Shown piece by piece: positions 8,154-17,991 of a DNA stretch of 64,000 nt. The notes beneath the pieces are model-generated. The model was not told the origin of the DNA and searched no databases. It saw only the letters and a program-made list of their open reading frames with translations. The first letter of the stretch is position 1; the number at the start of each line of letters is the position of its first letter. The DNA is taken from contig CBDCTZ010000014.1 in NCBI GenBank assembly GCA_965222375.1, positions 192,001 to 256,000 on the forward strand, given 5' to 3'. The translations under genes were made by a program, and so were the position numbers. Source of the stretch: Polyangiaceae bacterium. GTDB taxonomy: Bacteria > Myxococcota_A > Polyangia > Polyangiales > Polyangiaceae.

Positions 8154-8444
8154 TCAGGCGCTTTGACCGTCGTCGGATTGCCGCGCCTGTGCGGGCGAGG
8201 GGCCTTCTGCGGAGGCCTCGATGCCCGGGGGAAGAGGTGGCGGATCGTATCCACCAGGATGGAACGGATGGCAACGCATTAGGCGTCGAAAAGTGAGCCA
8301 ACTGCCCTTAAATGCCCCGTGCAGCTCCAAACAGCGCACCGAGTAGCGGCTGCAGGAGGGCTCGAATCGGCAAACCGGGCCCAGCATGCGGGACAAAGTG
8401 AGCTGGTAGACCCGAATCAGTAATATGAGGATCTTGGCCAGCAT
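8154..8444 (-). CDS. yidD: Membrane protein insertion efficiency factor YidD
   Basis: IRVYQ..LS....CRFEPSCSRY...HG..KG....R..RCHPFHPGGYDP; ATG at 8444. Confidence 0.93.
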   Translation of the reverse strand: MLAKILILLIRVYQLTLSRMLGPVCRFEPSCSRYSVRCLELHGAFKGSWLTFRRLMRCHPFHPGGYDPPPLPPGIEASAEGPSPAQARQSDDGQSA

Positions 8445-8485
8445 CGGGCTCGGAGTGTCCCCCCAAAGCCGCCACGAGGCCAGGG

Positions 8486-8920
8486 TCAGCCGGATTCTTT
8501 TGGCTCTGTCCCGGCGCTTTTTCGACTGTCGCGGTCCTTTCGCGCCTGCTGGAGTTTGCGCTCCAGCTCCGGCTTCGCTGCCAGCCACTCATCCACGATG
8601 TCTTGCAGGCTTGCTTTGGCTGCGGAGCGGCGACCAATGACCACCAGGTCCAGATCTGGCGGCCACAGCTCTCGCGTGGCACGAAACGCCTCTCGAACCA
8701 GTCGTTTCACCCGCGAACGCACCACTGCGTTGCCCACTCGTTTCGAAACAGTGATGCCCAAGCGTGCGCCGCTCTCGTCGTCGCGACAGCGCAGCAGCAG
8801 TGCGCACTTCGGAGTAGAAACGCGTCGGCCCCGCGCTTGGATCAGCACGAACTCCGTACGTTTACGAACGCGTTGCGCACGGTCGAATTTGCCTCGAGGT
8901 GAGGCGGACGCGCGCGCCAA
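8486..8920 (-). CDS. rnpA: Ribonuclease P protein component
   Basis: RLGITVSKRVGNAVVRSRVKRLVREAFR; TTG start; between rpmH and yidD. Confidence 0.93.
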   Translation of the reverse strand: MARASASPRGKFDRAQRVRKRTEFVLIQARGRRVSTPKCALLLRCRDDESGARLGITVSKRVGNAVVRSRVKRLVREAFRATRELWPPDLDLVVIGRRSAAKASLQDIVDEWLAAKPELERKLQQARKDRDSRKSAGTEPKESG

Positions 8921-8924
8921 AAAA

Positions 8925-9074
8925 CTACTTCTTGTAAGCCGAGACGGCGAGCCGCCAACGACCCTTGCGCCGACGGTTCTTCAAGATCTTCTGACCACCA
9001 CGCGTCTTGAGACGCTTGCGGAAACCATGAGTCCGGAGCCGGCTGGTGTTGTGCGGCTGAAATGTACGTTTCAT
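8925..9074 (-). CDS. rpmH: 50S ribosomal protein L34
   Basis: [42 protein letters not shown]. Confidence 0.97.
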   Translation of the reverse strand: MKRTFQPHNTSRLRTHGFRKRLKTRGGQKILKNRRRKGRWRLAVSAYKK

Positions 9075-9210
9075 TGCTCGAAACCCTGAGGTGATGCCCC
9101 ACCCCGGCGCTGGCGCCGTGAGGGGCGGGGAGTCAGCCACGCTCCCGCCGGGTAGTCAAGTCCATGAAAGTCCCGCGGGTCGAACCCCAGGGCCAGTCCC
9201 CCGGGATCAG

Positions 9211-9371
9211 CGGATCTTGGCGGCAATCCAGGGGATTTGTGGGTTTGGGGGGTCGAGCACTGGGGCGGCATGGGGGCCCTAATCTCGCCGTTTATCGCCC
9301 TAGCGCACCCCGCGCTCCAGCTCGGGATTAGGGCTCGAGCACCGCCCCAGCGCCACGACCCAAACCAAACC
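9211..9371. repeat. Long imperfect hairpin formed by two inverted copies of a dispersed repeat (REPIN-like)
   Basis: Arms ~9242-9287 and ~9323-9371 (CTGGGGCGG/CCGCCCCAG; GGGCCCTAATCTCG/CGGGATTAGGGCTC); related copies at 52620-52679 and 40219-40333. Confidence 0.75.
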
Positions 9372-9415
9372 TAGGCACCCTGGGCGAGTCGGGGTTTGAA
9401 AACTATGTTCCCGCC

Positions 9416-10087
9416 ATGGCTCTCAAACTGGCACTGGCTTCGAGCGCGTTGATGGTCCTGGGAGTGCTGATCGGGCAGATCCGCGTGGCTCCGCCGTTGG
9501 TTGGGTTCGGCATTGCGGTGCTCGGAGCCGCCGTGGGCTTGGCGGTGCTGCCAGCGGCGCTGATCGCTTGGAAGCGGGGCGAGCCTTCCTTTCCCGTGAT
9601 CGCGCTGGGCGTTGGCTGGTGGCTGATTCCCGTGTTCGTGGTGGTGTCCACCCGGGGAAAACCGCGGATCAACGACGTCACCACGTCACCGGACGAGCCG
9701 CCCCAGTTCGTGGCTCAGAAGAACGCCCCGGCCAACGCGGGTCGCAAGATGGCCTATCCGGCTAAAAACGCAGAGCTACAACGGGCGGGCTATCCAGAGC
9801 TGGGGCCTCTGCGGCTTCCCGTCGAGCCCGTCGCGGCGCTGGCGAAGGCCAAGACGGTTGCTGAAGCTCAAGGCTGGAAAGTCGTCGAGGTCGCCGAGGC
9901 CGACGGCCGCCTCGAGGCGGAGCATCAGACGGGGATTTTCCGCTTCGTGGACGACGTCGTGGTGCGCGTCCGGCCCTCGGGCGAAGGCTCCGTGGTGGAT
10001 GTGCGCAGCAAGTCCCGGGACGGCAAGGGGGATTTCGGCAAGAATGCCCAAAGAATTCAGGCGTTTGCGGTGGCGCTGGAAGAGTAG
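9416..10087 (+). CDS. DUF1499 family membrane protein
   Basis: 3 N-terminal TM segments; [50 protein letters not shown] motifs. Confidence 0.88.
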   Translation: MALKLALASSALMVLGVLIGQIRVAPPLVGFGIAVLGAAVGLAVLPAALIAWKRGEPSFPVIALGVGWWLIPVFVVVSTRGKPRINDVTTSPDEPPQFVAQKNAPANAGRKMAYPAKNAELQRAGYPELGPLRLPVEPVAALAKAKTVAEAQGWKVVEVAEADGRLEAEHQTGIFRFVDDVVVRVRPSGEGSVVDVRSKSRDGKGDFGKNAQRIQAFAVALEE

Positions 10088-10172
10088 GCCCTGGCCCCGC
10101 TTGGCGCCGGGTGCGGGCCGCAGCGATAGGGGGTTGCTCGGTCCGTCGGCTGGTGGTACCTCACGCGCCCCC

Positions 10173-10340
10173 ATGCGAGACAATATCCGCCTAGTTTCCA
10201 CCGCGGGTACGGGCTTCACGTACTACACGACGAAGAACAAGCGTACCCAGACGGCCAAGCTCGAGCTCAAGAAGTACGACCCGAAAGCGCGCAAGCACGT
10301 CGTCTTCAAAGAGCAGAAGATGCCGCCTCACAGCAAGTGA
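10173..10340 (+). CDS. rpmG: 50S ribosomal protein L33 (Cys-free type)
   Basis: [47 protein letters not shown]. Confidence 0.95.
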   Translation: MRDNIRLVSTAGTGFTYYTTKNKRTQTAKLELKKYDPKARKHVVFKEQKMPPHSK

Positions 10341-10447
10341 GGTGTGGCGCGGCCCATAGCGGGCGCGCCCAACATCTTCGCAAACCTTCGAGCTAGCCGG
10401 CGAGCCACAGCGTGTGCGCTGTGCTCGCCGGACTCGCCTTGTCAGGC

Positions 10448-12223
10448 TCACTCGTCGAGGATCTTGAACTCGACGCGGCGGTTCTTGGCGCGCCCCTCGT
10501 CCGTGCCGTTGGTGGCGATGGGCTTGGTTTCACCGAAGCCTTCGGACTCGAGCCGGCGCGCCGCGATGCCCTTGTTCGTCAGGTAGCGCATACAGGACGC
10601 TGCGCGCTGCTTGGAGAGCCGCAAGTTGTAGTTGTCGTTACCGCGGTCGTCCGTGTGACCATAGACGCCGATCCGTAGCTTTCCGCGGGCCTTCATCAGC
10701 GTCACGATCTCGTCCAGGATCGGGTAACTGGCCGTCTTGATCTTGGCGGAGTTGTACTCGAACTGAATCGGCTCGAGCAGGGCGACTTCGCCATCCTCGG
10801 TGATGCGAGTCAGGCTCGGGCAGCCGTGCTTTTCGGCGATATCGCTGCGCGGCCCCGGCTCCGTCGGACACTTGTCTTCGGTGTCGAGAATACCGTCGTT
10901 GTCGGCGTCTTCCTCGGGGCAGCCGTCGCTGTCCTCGACGCCGTCCATGTCTTCCGGCACGTCCGGGCAAGCGTCCGCGACATCAGGAATGCCGTCACCA
11001 TCGCGATCGGATCCTGCCGGACAGCCATCCGTGGGTTCGGGCTTCTTGCCGTCCTCGGGAACGGTCGGGCACTTGTCGATGTCGTCGGGGTAGCCGTCGC
11101 CATCCGTGTCTTTGGCGTATTCGGCCACGTCGGGGGCGACGCGCACCTTGCGCGCGGGCGATGTCGTGGTGCCGTCGGAGATGCGGAACCAATAGCCGAT
11201 GGAGGCCAGAACGCGCAGGTCCGGAGCACCGTAGCCAGTTGCGAGCCGAGTGCCAGCGCCCGCCATGGCCCAGACTTTTTCCTTTTCGCCGATAGCGAAG
11301 CGAGCCTGAGCTAGCCACTCCAGATCTGTATTGCGCCCCTTGAAGAAAGTGCTCTCGCCACCCGCTTTGGACAGGCCGGTGCTGCCCCACAGCTCGGCGC
11401 CCAGGCGGATTTTGCCCTCCCGCAGTGGAATGAAGGCACCGAAAGCGTAGCGCAGCTCCGAAGCGAGAAAGAGCGCGCCGTTGGGGCCACCGATGCTGCG
11501 CTGGGGTCGGAAGTGCGGGCCGATCATGCCTGTGATGAGCAGCTTCTTGAAGTCGTACTCGGCGGAGCCGTAGAGCATGCCGGTGGTTTGGTCGTCGCTC
11601 GTGTAACTTTCCGGATCGCCGGTGGGTGCCCACAGCGCTCCACCACCACCCAGGCGAAACTTGCGATTGTCGGATTCGTGGAGCTTGACGCGCGCATCGA
11701 TGCGCATGTCATGGGTGGCGACCTTCTTCGCATCCAGACCTTCACCCACGCCGAGGGCCTGAGGGTCGTCGCCGATGAACTGGTAGACGGCAATTGGCAT
11801 CGAGAGATTGAAGCTCGCGCGCCCGGCGATCTCAGTTCCCACGCTGAGGTAGCTGATGATCTGCCCGTCCACGGGATCGGGAACGCGTTCTTGATTGCGT
11901 CCGTCCACGGCCACGGTTTCGTTGCGCAGCGGGTTGAGCGTGAAGCCGAACGCCGCCATGCCGTAGAAGCGCGTCTTTTCATGCAGGTACGGGCGCCAAA
12001 CCATGAAACCGTCGTCCGGCGCGCCGGAAATCTGGGCGCGATCCAGATAGAAGGTTCGGGTCTGCGCCGCAGCCTGATCAGGCAGGCAAAGCACGATCAT
12101 GGCCAGCACGGCCAGCAGTGCGTGGTGCAACGAACGGGGAGTCAGCGAAAGTACAACTTTGAGCGTGCGCACGCCGCGAAAGTACCCTGTCCCGCCCCGC
12201 ATTGAAAACCAGAACGCCGCCAC
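10448..12223 (-). CDS. OmpA-family outer-membrane protein with beta-barrel, thrombospondin type-3 repeats and OmpA PG-binding domain (TraB-like architecture); true start probably 50-120 nt downstream
   Basis: DTDGDGYPDDIDKCP-type repeats; GHTDDRG...NLRLSKQRA...GFGETKPIA..GRAKNRRVEF. Confidence 0.88.
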   Translation of the reverse strand: MAAFWFSMRGGTGYFRGVRTLKVVLSLTPRSLHHALLAVLAMIVLCLPDQAAAQTRTFYLDRAQISGAPDDGFMVWRPYLHEKTRFYGMAAFGFTLNPLRNETVAVDGRNQERVPDPVDGQIISYLSVGTEIAGRASFNLSMPIAVYQFIGDDPQALGVGEGLDAKKVATHDMRIDARVKLHESDNRKFRLGGGGALWAPTGDPESYTSDDQTTGMLYGSAEYDFKKLLITGMIGPHFRPQRSIGGPNGALFLASELRYAFGAFIPLREGKIRLGAELWGSTGLSKAGGESTFFKGRNTDLEWLAQARFAIGEKEKVWAMAGAGTRLATGYGAPDLRVLASIGYWFRISDGTTTSPARKVRVAPDVAEYAKDTDGDGYPDDIDKCPTVPEDGKKPEPTDGCPAGSDRDGDGIPDVADACPDVPEDMDGVEDSDGCPEEDADNDGILDTEDKCPTEPGPRSDIAEKHGCPSLTRITEDGEVALLEPIQFEYNSAKIKTASYPILDEIVTLMKARGKLRIGVYGHTDDRGNDNYNLRLSKQRAASCMRYLTNKGIAARRLESEGFGETKPIATNGTDEGRAKNRRVEFKILDE

Positions 12224-12319
12224 TCGGGCGGTTCCGCGCTGAGCGCGGCTCGCAGGGGGCCAAATTGCTGAAAACGCACGGGATATTCTGGCGCTCGGGC
12301 AGGGCGCCCGCGCCCGGGC

Positions 12320-13531
12320 TCACTTGGCGGTCGTAAAAACCTCGCAGGCCCAGAGGGTGCCGCCGTCTTGGACGACCCCAATCCCGACCTGAACGTAGCG
12401 CGGGTCCACCACGTTGCTGCGGTGAGACGGGCTGGCCCAGATCACTCGATGGGCGCGGGCTGGGCTCTGGGCCCGAGCGATATTCTCGCCGAAACCCCGG
12501 AAGCTGAGCCCTGCGGACTGCAGCCGCGTGGCGAGACCGCCGGCTCCGACATCATGGCCCAGCAGGTTCTTTTCCTTCATCGCCGTGGCGTGGGCCTTGG
12601 CGATTTCGTCGAGCGCTGGCGAGCGCCGCAAAGCTGCCCGCTTCTCGGATGCTCGGGCTGCATTGACCATGCGCAAGAGCAGGTCCTCGGGGTCACCCGC
12701 GGCGTCCTTGATTTCTCCAGGTGCGGTTGCGGGCTCGTAGGAGGCTGGCGGCGCGACGTCCGCGAAGAACATGGCTTCGGCAACGGGTCGCGGGCCGACG
12801 TCCAGATCGGCGAGAAGCTGCGCTAGCCAGGGGCCGGGTTCAGAGGCCGCGAAACGCGCTCGCGCCGTGCCGTTGGAGAGTTGAGTCGGTACTGGCTTGG
12901 GTGCTCCCCGGGGGCCGAGCAATACGACTTTCGCGTTGCTAGCCGGCACCAGCAACTTGGCACTGAAGCTGAGCCATTGGCCCGTGCGGGCGCGGCTCGA
13001 CACGGGCGCCAAGTCTGCGAGCACGTCGGAAAGCAAGAGCACGAGAGCCTCCGAGTCGCCGCGCACGCGAGCTGCGCCGCAGCGTCGCTGGCCGATCTTC
13101 GAGATCCCAGCGAGCCAGTTTGTCGCGCGTCGGGTTGCATCCCTGTCGTCGATGCCTCCGCCCGACAGCGACCAGGCACGGGGCCAGACGTAGGGCGCAC
13201 CGGCCGCGCGGATTTCGAACGCGATCTCAGCGGTGTCCGGAATGGACTCGCCGGCGGCCAGGCGGTTCGCGAGCTTCAGCGCCACCTCGGCCAAGGCGGC
13301 ATCGCTGCGGTCGCACAGCTCCATGATCTCGCCGGCGAGGCCTCTCATGTCGGCAGCAGGCTGGGGAGATGTGATCATGTCCGAGAACACCGAGCTCGCC
13401 GCGTTTTCCGGCAGGACCACCTCGGGCTGGGCGGGCTCGGTGCCGGCCGGCGGCAAGGCCGCGCCGCGCTCGGGCGGCGTGCAGCTTATTGAAGTCAGCG
13501 CCGTGAGCAGCAGAACGGACTGACGCAGCAT
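12320..13531 (-). CDS. CAP (SCP-like) domain lipoprotein
   Basis: Lipobox SISC; VNAAR...LDEIAKAHATAM..GENIA...WASPSHRSNVVDPRYVQVGIG. Confidence 0.85.
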   Translation of the reverse strand: MLRQSVLLLTALTSISCTPPERGAALPPAGTEPAQPEVVLPENAASSVFSDMITSPQPAADMRGLAGEIMELCDRSDAALAEVALKLANRLAAGESIPDTAEIAFEIRAAGAPYVWPRAWSLSGGGIDDRDATRRATNWLAGISKIGQRRCGAARVRGDSEALVLLLSDVLADLAPVSSRARTGQWLSFSAKLLVPASNAKVVLLGPRGAPKPVPTQLSNGTARARFAASEPGPWLAQLLADLDVGPRPVAEAMFFADVAPPASYEPATAPGEIKDAAGDPEDLLLRMVNAARASEKRAALRRSPALDEIAKAHATAMKEKNLLGHDVGAGGLATRLQSAGLSFRGFGENIARAQSPARAHRVIWASPSHRSNVVDPRYVQVGIGVVQDGGTLWACEVFTTAK

Positions 13532-13714
13532 GATCCGAAGCCTAGCAAACGGCGCCCGGGAGCCACGCTTTTCCCGTGGAAGTTCCGCGGGTTTGCCCCT
13601 CCAGCCCCGGGGCGGCGGAGACCGGCCGACAAGTCGACCTCCTGGGTCGGGGCTGATACAGTTACACCACCCACCGGGCCCGGTGCTCGTCGGGGAAAGC
13701 TAGCGATCCATCCG

Positions 13715-15181
13715 ATGAATCGAGTCTCGACAGCAGCCAAAGTGGGCGTTTTCGCCCTGGTGACGGTTGTTGCGGCGGTGTTCATCTACCAATTCGTCAG
13801 CAAAAAGGCCGCCGGCGGCGATGGCTACGTCGTCTACGCGCTGATGGACGACGCCACGGGCATTGCCAAGCACTCGCAGGTGCGGGTCGCGGGCATTCCC
13901 GTTGGCCAGATCGAAGATATCCGGCTGCAGGGCGGTCAGGCCCGCATCGACATACGCATTCGCCCCGACGTGCCCTTGTACGACGACGCGGCGGCCAGCA
14001 AGGTCACCTCCAGCCTGTTGGGCGAGTACTTCATCGGCCTAGCGCCAGGTACGGAGGGCAAGCGCCAGCTCGAAGACGGCGATCAGATCAAGCACGTGAT
14101 CGGCGCCGCCACGACGGACGAGATCCTGAAGGATGTTTCGGCGATCGCCAAGCAGGTCCGAAAGGTCGCGGACAGCCTGGCCTCGTCCGTAGGTTCGAAA
14201 GAGGGTGAAGAGAACATCAAGGACACCCTGAAGAACCTTGCCGAAGTCACGGACGCCTTGAACAAGACCGTGCGCGAAAACCGCGGTTCGATCCGGAACA
14301 TCCTTACCAACGTCGAGAACATCACGGCCAAGGGCGAGCCTGAGGTCGAGAAGATCTTGGAAAACGTCCGCGAATCCTCGAAGGAGATCCGCGAGCTGTT
14401 GGCCAAGGACGCCAAGGGCGAGGGCGCGCAGTCCGGGGAGGTTCGCCAGATCATCGAGAAGGTGAACCGCGCCAGCACGAGCCTGGAGAGCGCGCTGGGC
14501 AATCTAGACAAAGTCAGCGGGCGTCTCGAGCGTGGCGAAGGCACCCTGGGGCGCTTGACCAAGGACGAGAAGCTCATCGACGAGGTCGAAGGCGTTGCTG
14601 AAAATGTCGGCGAGTTCGTAGGCGGGCTGTCCCGGCTGCAGACCATCGTCGCCCTCAGGACGGACTATCAGTTCCTGTCCAGCACCGTGAAGAGCTACGT
14701 CGAACTGCGACTGCAGCCCCGGGAGGACAAGTACTACTCCATCGAGATCGTCAACGATCCCCGCGGTTTGACCCGCTTCGAGCAGATCGACGTCGATACC
14801 TCGAACCCCAACGACCCGCCCCACTATCGCGAGGTGCGTACGGTCACGACCAACGCCTTCCGTTTCAGCCTGCAGTTCGCCCAACGTATGGGCCCCTTTG
14901 TCGGCCGCTTCGGCATCAAGGAGTCCACAGGCGGCGTCGGCCTCGACACCCTGTGGTTCGACGATCGCTTCGAGCTGCGTCAGGACCTATTCGGATTCGG
15001 CGAAGTCATCTTGCCCCGCTGGCGCATTGGCTTGGGCTACGAGTTCGTGTCTCGGCTCTGGATGTTGGCCGGCGTGGATGACGTGCTCAGCCCCAATCGC
15101 CGCGACTACTTCCTGGGGCTGCAGCTCCGCTTCAACGACCAAGATCTCAAGACCATTTTACCTTTCGCCCCCGGTCCCTGA
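13715..15181 (+). CDS. MCE/MlaD family protein with coiled coil and C-terminal beta-rich domain
   Basis: AKVGVF TM anchor; DATGI...SQVRVAGIPVGQI; SLLGEYFIGLAPG; GEGTLGRL. Confidence 0.88.
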   Translation: MNRVSTAAKVGVFALVTVVAAVFIYQFVSKKAAGGDGYVVYALMDDATGIAKHSQVRVAGIPVGQIEDIRLQGGQARIDIRIRPDVPLYDDAAASKVTSSLLGEYFIGLAPGTEGKRQLEDGDQIKHVIGAATTDEILKDVSAIAKQVRKVADSLASSVGSKEGEENIKDTLKNLAEVTDALNKTVRENRGSIRNILTNVENITAKGEPEVEKILENVRESSKEIRELLAKDAKGEGAQSGEVRQIIEKVNRASTSLESALGNLDKVSGRLERGEGTLGRLTKDEKLIDEVEGVAENVGEFVGGLSRLQTIVALRTDYQFLSSTVKSYVELRLQPREDKYYSIEIVNDPRGLTRFEQIDVDTSNPNDPPHYREVRTVTTNAFRFSLQFAQRMGPFVGRFGIKESTGGVGLDTLWFDDRFELRQDLFGFGEVILPRWRIGLGYEFVSRLWMLAGVDDVLSPNRRDYFLGLQLRFNDQDLKTILPFAPGP

Positions 15182-15229
15182 GCTCCTTCAATCCGTGGCA
15201 CGGCGCCGCGCTTGGTGACTGCTTGAGGT

Positions 15230-16144
15230 TCAGCCCGGATCGCAGATTTCAGCGCGCTCCATGCACTTGGCGATCCGGTCCGCACGCTTGTCGGGAGGGA
15301 GCTTTTTGTAGTTCGGATGCCCGTCGCAGTACTTGCGAATGAGTGTACAGCCTCGAGCCCTCAGCTGTTTGGCGCGACGCAGATCTTGTTTGACGCCCCA
15401 AGCGTTGGCGTAGGCTTTGGCGGCCTGACTGCACGGCAAGTACGACTCGAGGCCCGTTTCGCATTTCGCCTCGGCCAGCAGCGCTGCGAGCGGATCCGCG
15501 CGGGACGCCTTTTCCCAGCTGTACAAGTGGAATAGCGACGCGCACGCTTCGACAAAACCCCCGAGGCAGCTCTTCTTCGCCAGCTCCACGCCGCGCTTGG
15601 GATTACGGGTCATTCCGCGGCCGCGCAAATGCGCCATGCCCAGGCGCAGGCAGCTGGGCGAATGGTCTGACGCACACTGCGCCTTGCAGTCACCGAGTTC
15701 GGGGATCGTTGCCGGCTCGCCCCAACGCGGGATGCGCCGCCGCCGTGGACGGTTGGACGAGCAGCGCATGAGACATAGGAGGTCGTCCACGCGACAGGAG
15801 CAGGCTTTGCGCCTGTCCTCACTGGAACCGCAACGCACCTGCTTGGCTTTGGCCTTCGCGATGCAGCCCTTCTTCTTGTCCCAAGCTTCCTCCGGGTGAC
15901 ACAGGGCGGCGACGTCTTGCCAACTCTTGGTGTCGATGTCGGGGACACCCATCCAAGCGGGGGAAGGTTGTTCTTGTGATTGAACGGGCGTGGGGGGGCC
16001 GTTTGTTGGAAGGGTGACGGTGGGGGCGGCTGTGTGTTGGGCGGGATCAGAAGCAGTTGGCGCTGCGGGTGCGCGGGGATCCGGCGCGTTGGCGCAGCCT
16101 AGGGCGACCCCCGAGAGCAACAACCAACGAGACCGAATACGCAT
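15230..16144 (-). CDS. Sel1-repeat Cys-rich lipoprotein
   Basis: Lipobox ALGC; CLRLGMAHLRGRGMTRNPKRGVELAKKSC and GVKQDLRRAKQLRARGC Sel1-like repeats. Confidence 0.75.
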   Translation of the reverse strand: MRIRSRWLLLSGVALGCANAPDPRAPAAPTASDPAQHTAAPTVTLPTNGPPTPVQSQEQPSPAWMGVPDIDTKSWQDVAALCHPEEAWDKKKGCIAKAKAKQVRCGSSEDRRKACSCRVDDLLCLMRCSSNRPRRRRIPRWGEPATIPELGDCKAQCASDHSPSCLRLGMAHLRGRGMTRNPKRGVELAKKSCLGGFVEACASLFHLYSWEKASRADPLAALLAEAKCETGLESYLPCSQAAKAYANAWGVKQDLRRAKQLRARGCTLIRKYCDGHPNYKKLPPDKRADRIAKCMERAEICDPG

Positions 16145-16280
16145 CAGCCCATTGTACACGGCGATGCCGAGAAGATTGGGCGCGAGCGTGAATGTGAGGG
16201 GTTTCCGCTTGTGAGTTTGATTCTGCCAGCGGGCTCGGCCGGTTCAAGGCCTGCGCCGGCTTCGCCGGTAGCTGCTTCGT

Positions 16281-17471
16281 CTACTTGCTCGCGCGCGCCA
16301 CTGCAGTTTTCGTCGTGCTTTTCGATGCGGGGCGGAGTTGGGCGCGGAGGGTTTCTTCGCTGCAGCCGTATTTGTGGGCGACCATCTGCGCTAGGGGGAC
16401 GACCTTGGTTTTCGATTTGGCTAGGGCGGTGAGGGCCGCCGTGAGTGCATCGGTGCGGATGTAGTCGTGGATGAGGACGACGCCGCCGCGTTTGAAGCCT
16501 CGGCGTAGGTTGCTGGTGAGAAAGCCGAAGTCGCGCTTCTTCTCTGCGTTGGTGTCGCCGGACTCGTCGTGCCACATCACGTTGGCCAAGCCGGCCTCGC
16601 GCAGGGCGGTGTCGTTGAGCTCGCGTTGCCACTTCTGTGATGGCTCGAGGTAGGGGCCACCACCGGGAGGGCGTGAATACAGCACGTCGTAGGGACGAGT
16701 CTCGCCTTGGTAGCCCGCTTCGGAGAGCAGCAAGCGATGACGTGCGAAGAAGGTCGGCCAGTGCCGCATCTTTCCTGCAGGCATGTAGACGACGTGCTTT
16801 CGCTCGAAGACCCGTCGGTACAAGCGAATGAAGTCCTGCTTTGACTGCGCCATCAGGGCCAAGTCGATCAAGATGCGCGTCACTTCGTGCTGTCCACGCA
16901 CGTATTCGACCGTGCGACGGCCGGGGCGACGGGAGGCCATCTTGATGTCGTGGTTGTAGCTGTGGGTGCCGATGACGTGACCCTCGGCGACCATGCGTTG
17001 GATCAGCTGATAGGTGTCGGGGCGAATGGCTGCGCCGACCACGAAGAAGGCGGCGTGCATCTTGTGTTTGCGCAGCAGGTTGAGCACCTTGGGGGTCTTG
17101 CCTGGGTGAGGGCCATCGTCGAAGGTCAGTGCCACCTGACCCTCCGGGCGCTCGTCTCGCACGTAGAAGCCAACCGCTGGACCTTCTTCTGGCAACGCGC
17201 ATTTCTCGACCTCTGCGCCCTTCGGTTGACTCTTGCTCGCCAGCTTCGGCGGCGATTCGAGCTCTGCCGCTGGCTTCAGCCGCGGACGAACTTTCGCCCC
17301 GCGCTGTCCTGCCTCGACCGCGGGCGTGCTCGCCTTCGACGTGGGGGCGACGGCCGTCGCCGGGGGCAGCTCTGGTGCGGTCGCTGCGTGGCCGACGCGC
17401 GGTGGGCTGGCGGCGCAGGAAGCGAGGATCAAACTGAAGAAGGAGGTCGCGAGGAGTGGGAGACTTCGCAT
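16281..17471 (-). CDS. Polysaccharide deacetylase (NodB/CE4) lipoprotein
   Basis: Lipobox LASC; VALTFDDGP, AAFFVVG, GHVIGTHSYNH, RPPGG, VLIHD motifs. Confidence 0.9.
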   Translation of the reverse strand: MRSLPLLATSFFSLILASCAASPPRVGHAATAPELPPATAVAPTSKASTPAVEAGQRGAKVRPRLKPAAELESPPKLASKSQPKGAEVEKCALPEEGPAVGFYVRDERPEGQVALTFDDGPHPGKTPKVLNLLRKHKMHAAFFVVGAAIRPDTYQLIQRMVAEGHVIGTHSYNHDIKMASRRPGRRTVEYVRGQHEVTRILIDLALMAQSKQDFIRLYRRVFERKHVVYMPAGKMRHWPTFFARHRLLLSEAGYQGETRPYDVLYSRPPGGGPYLEPSQKWQRELNDTALREAGLANVMWHDESGDTNAEKKRDFGFLTSNLRRGFKRGGVVLIHDYIRTDALTAALTALAKSKTKVVPLAQMVAHKYGCSEETLRAQLRPASKSTTKTAVARASK

Positions 17472-17991
17472 GTCACCGGCCGTACGGAAAACCGTGACGG
17501 CCAGATCGCGGCGCCGATGTTTTTCCCTCCCTCTTCAAGTTGGTCAATAAATTTGGCCATTTAGACTGCCGACACAGCGAGAGACGGCTGATGCCGGGCG
17601 ATGGCGCTATCTTGACGGCCGTGTTTGGCGGTCGCTCCATCGTGCTCAAAGTGGTCGGCTCGGCCGGCAGCGCAACGGTGTCCCTGGAGCCCGGCAGCGT
17701 GACCATCGGGCGTTTCGCGCCCCTGCGAGGTTGCCGTCAACGACACGACATCAGTCGCAAGGTTCCCGCACGGGTTGTAATGTCTGGCCAGGTCGCTCCC
17801 AGAGTAGCTACCCACCCGGCTTTGCCGGACCTGTCACGGTCCGAAATCACCCGTGCCGGTTTCAAACAAAGACACATAGTTCTGAATGCTTAGCTGAGCA
17901 GTGCCGGGTGCGTCGAGCGACTCGTATGCCCCGCTTGTCACGCTTTGTCGTACACAGCCACGCGGTCCTACTGTCTTGTTCCGCGGCTGCC

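Noticed and set aside
9075..9415. Possible oriC upstream of rpmH
   Set aside because: No dnaA, no recognisable DnaA-box cluster and no AT-rich unwinding element
17690..17880. Hairpin-rich intergenic region suggesting a riboswitch or hammerhead on the minus strand
   Set aside because: Core consensus for hammerhead (CUGAUGA), ZTP and c-di-GMP riboswitches is not met; an Rfam scan is needed
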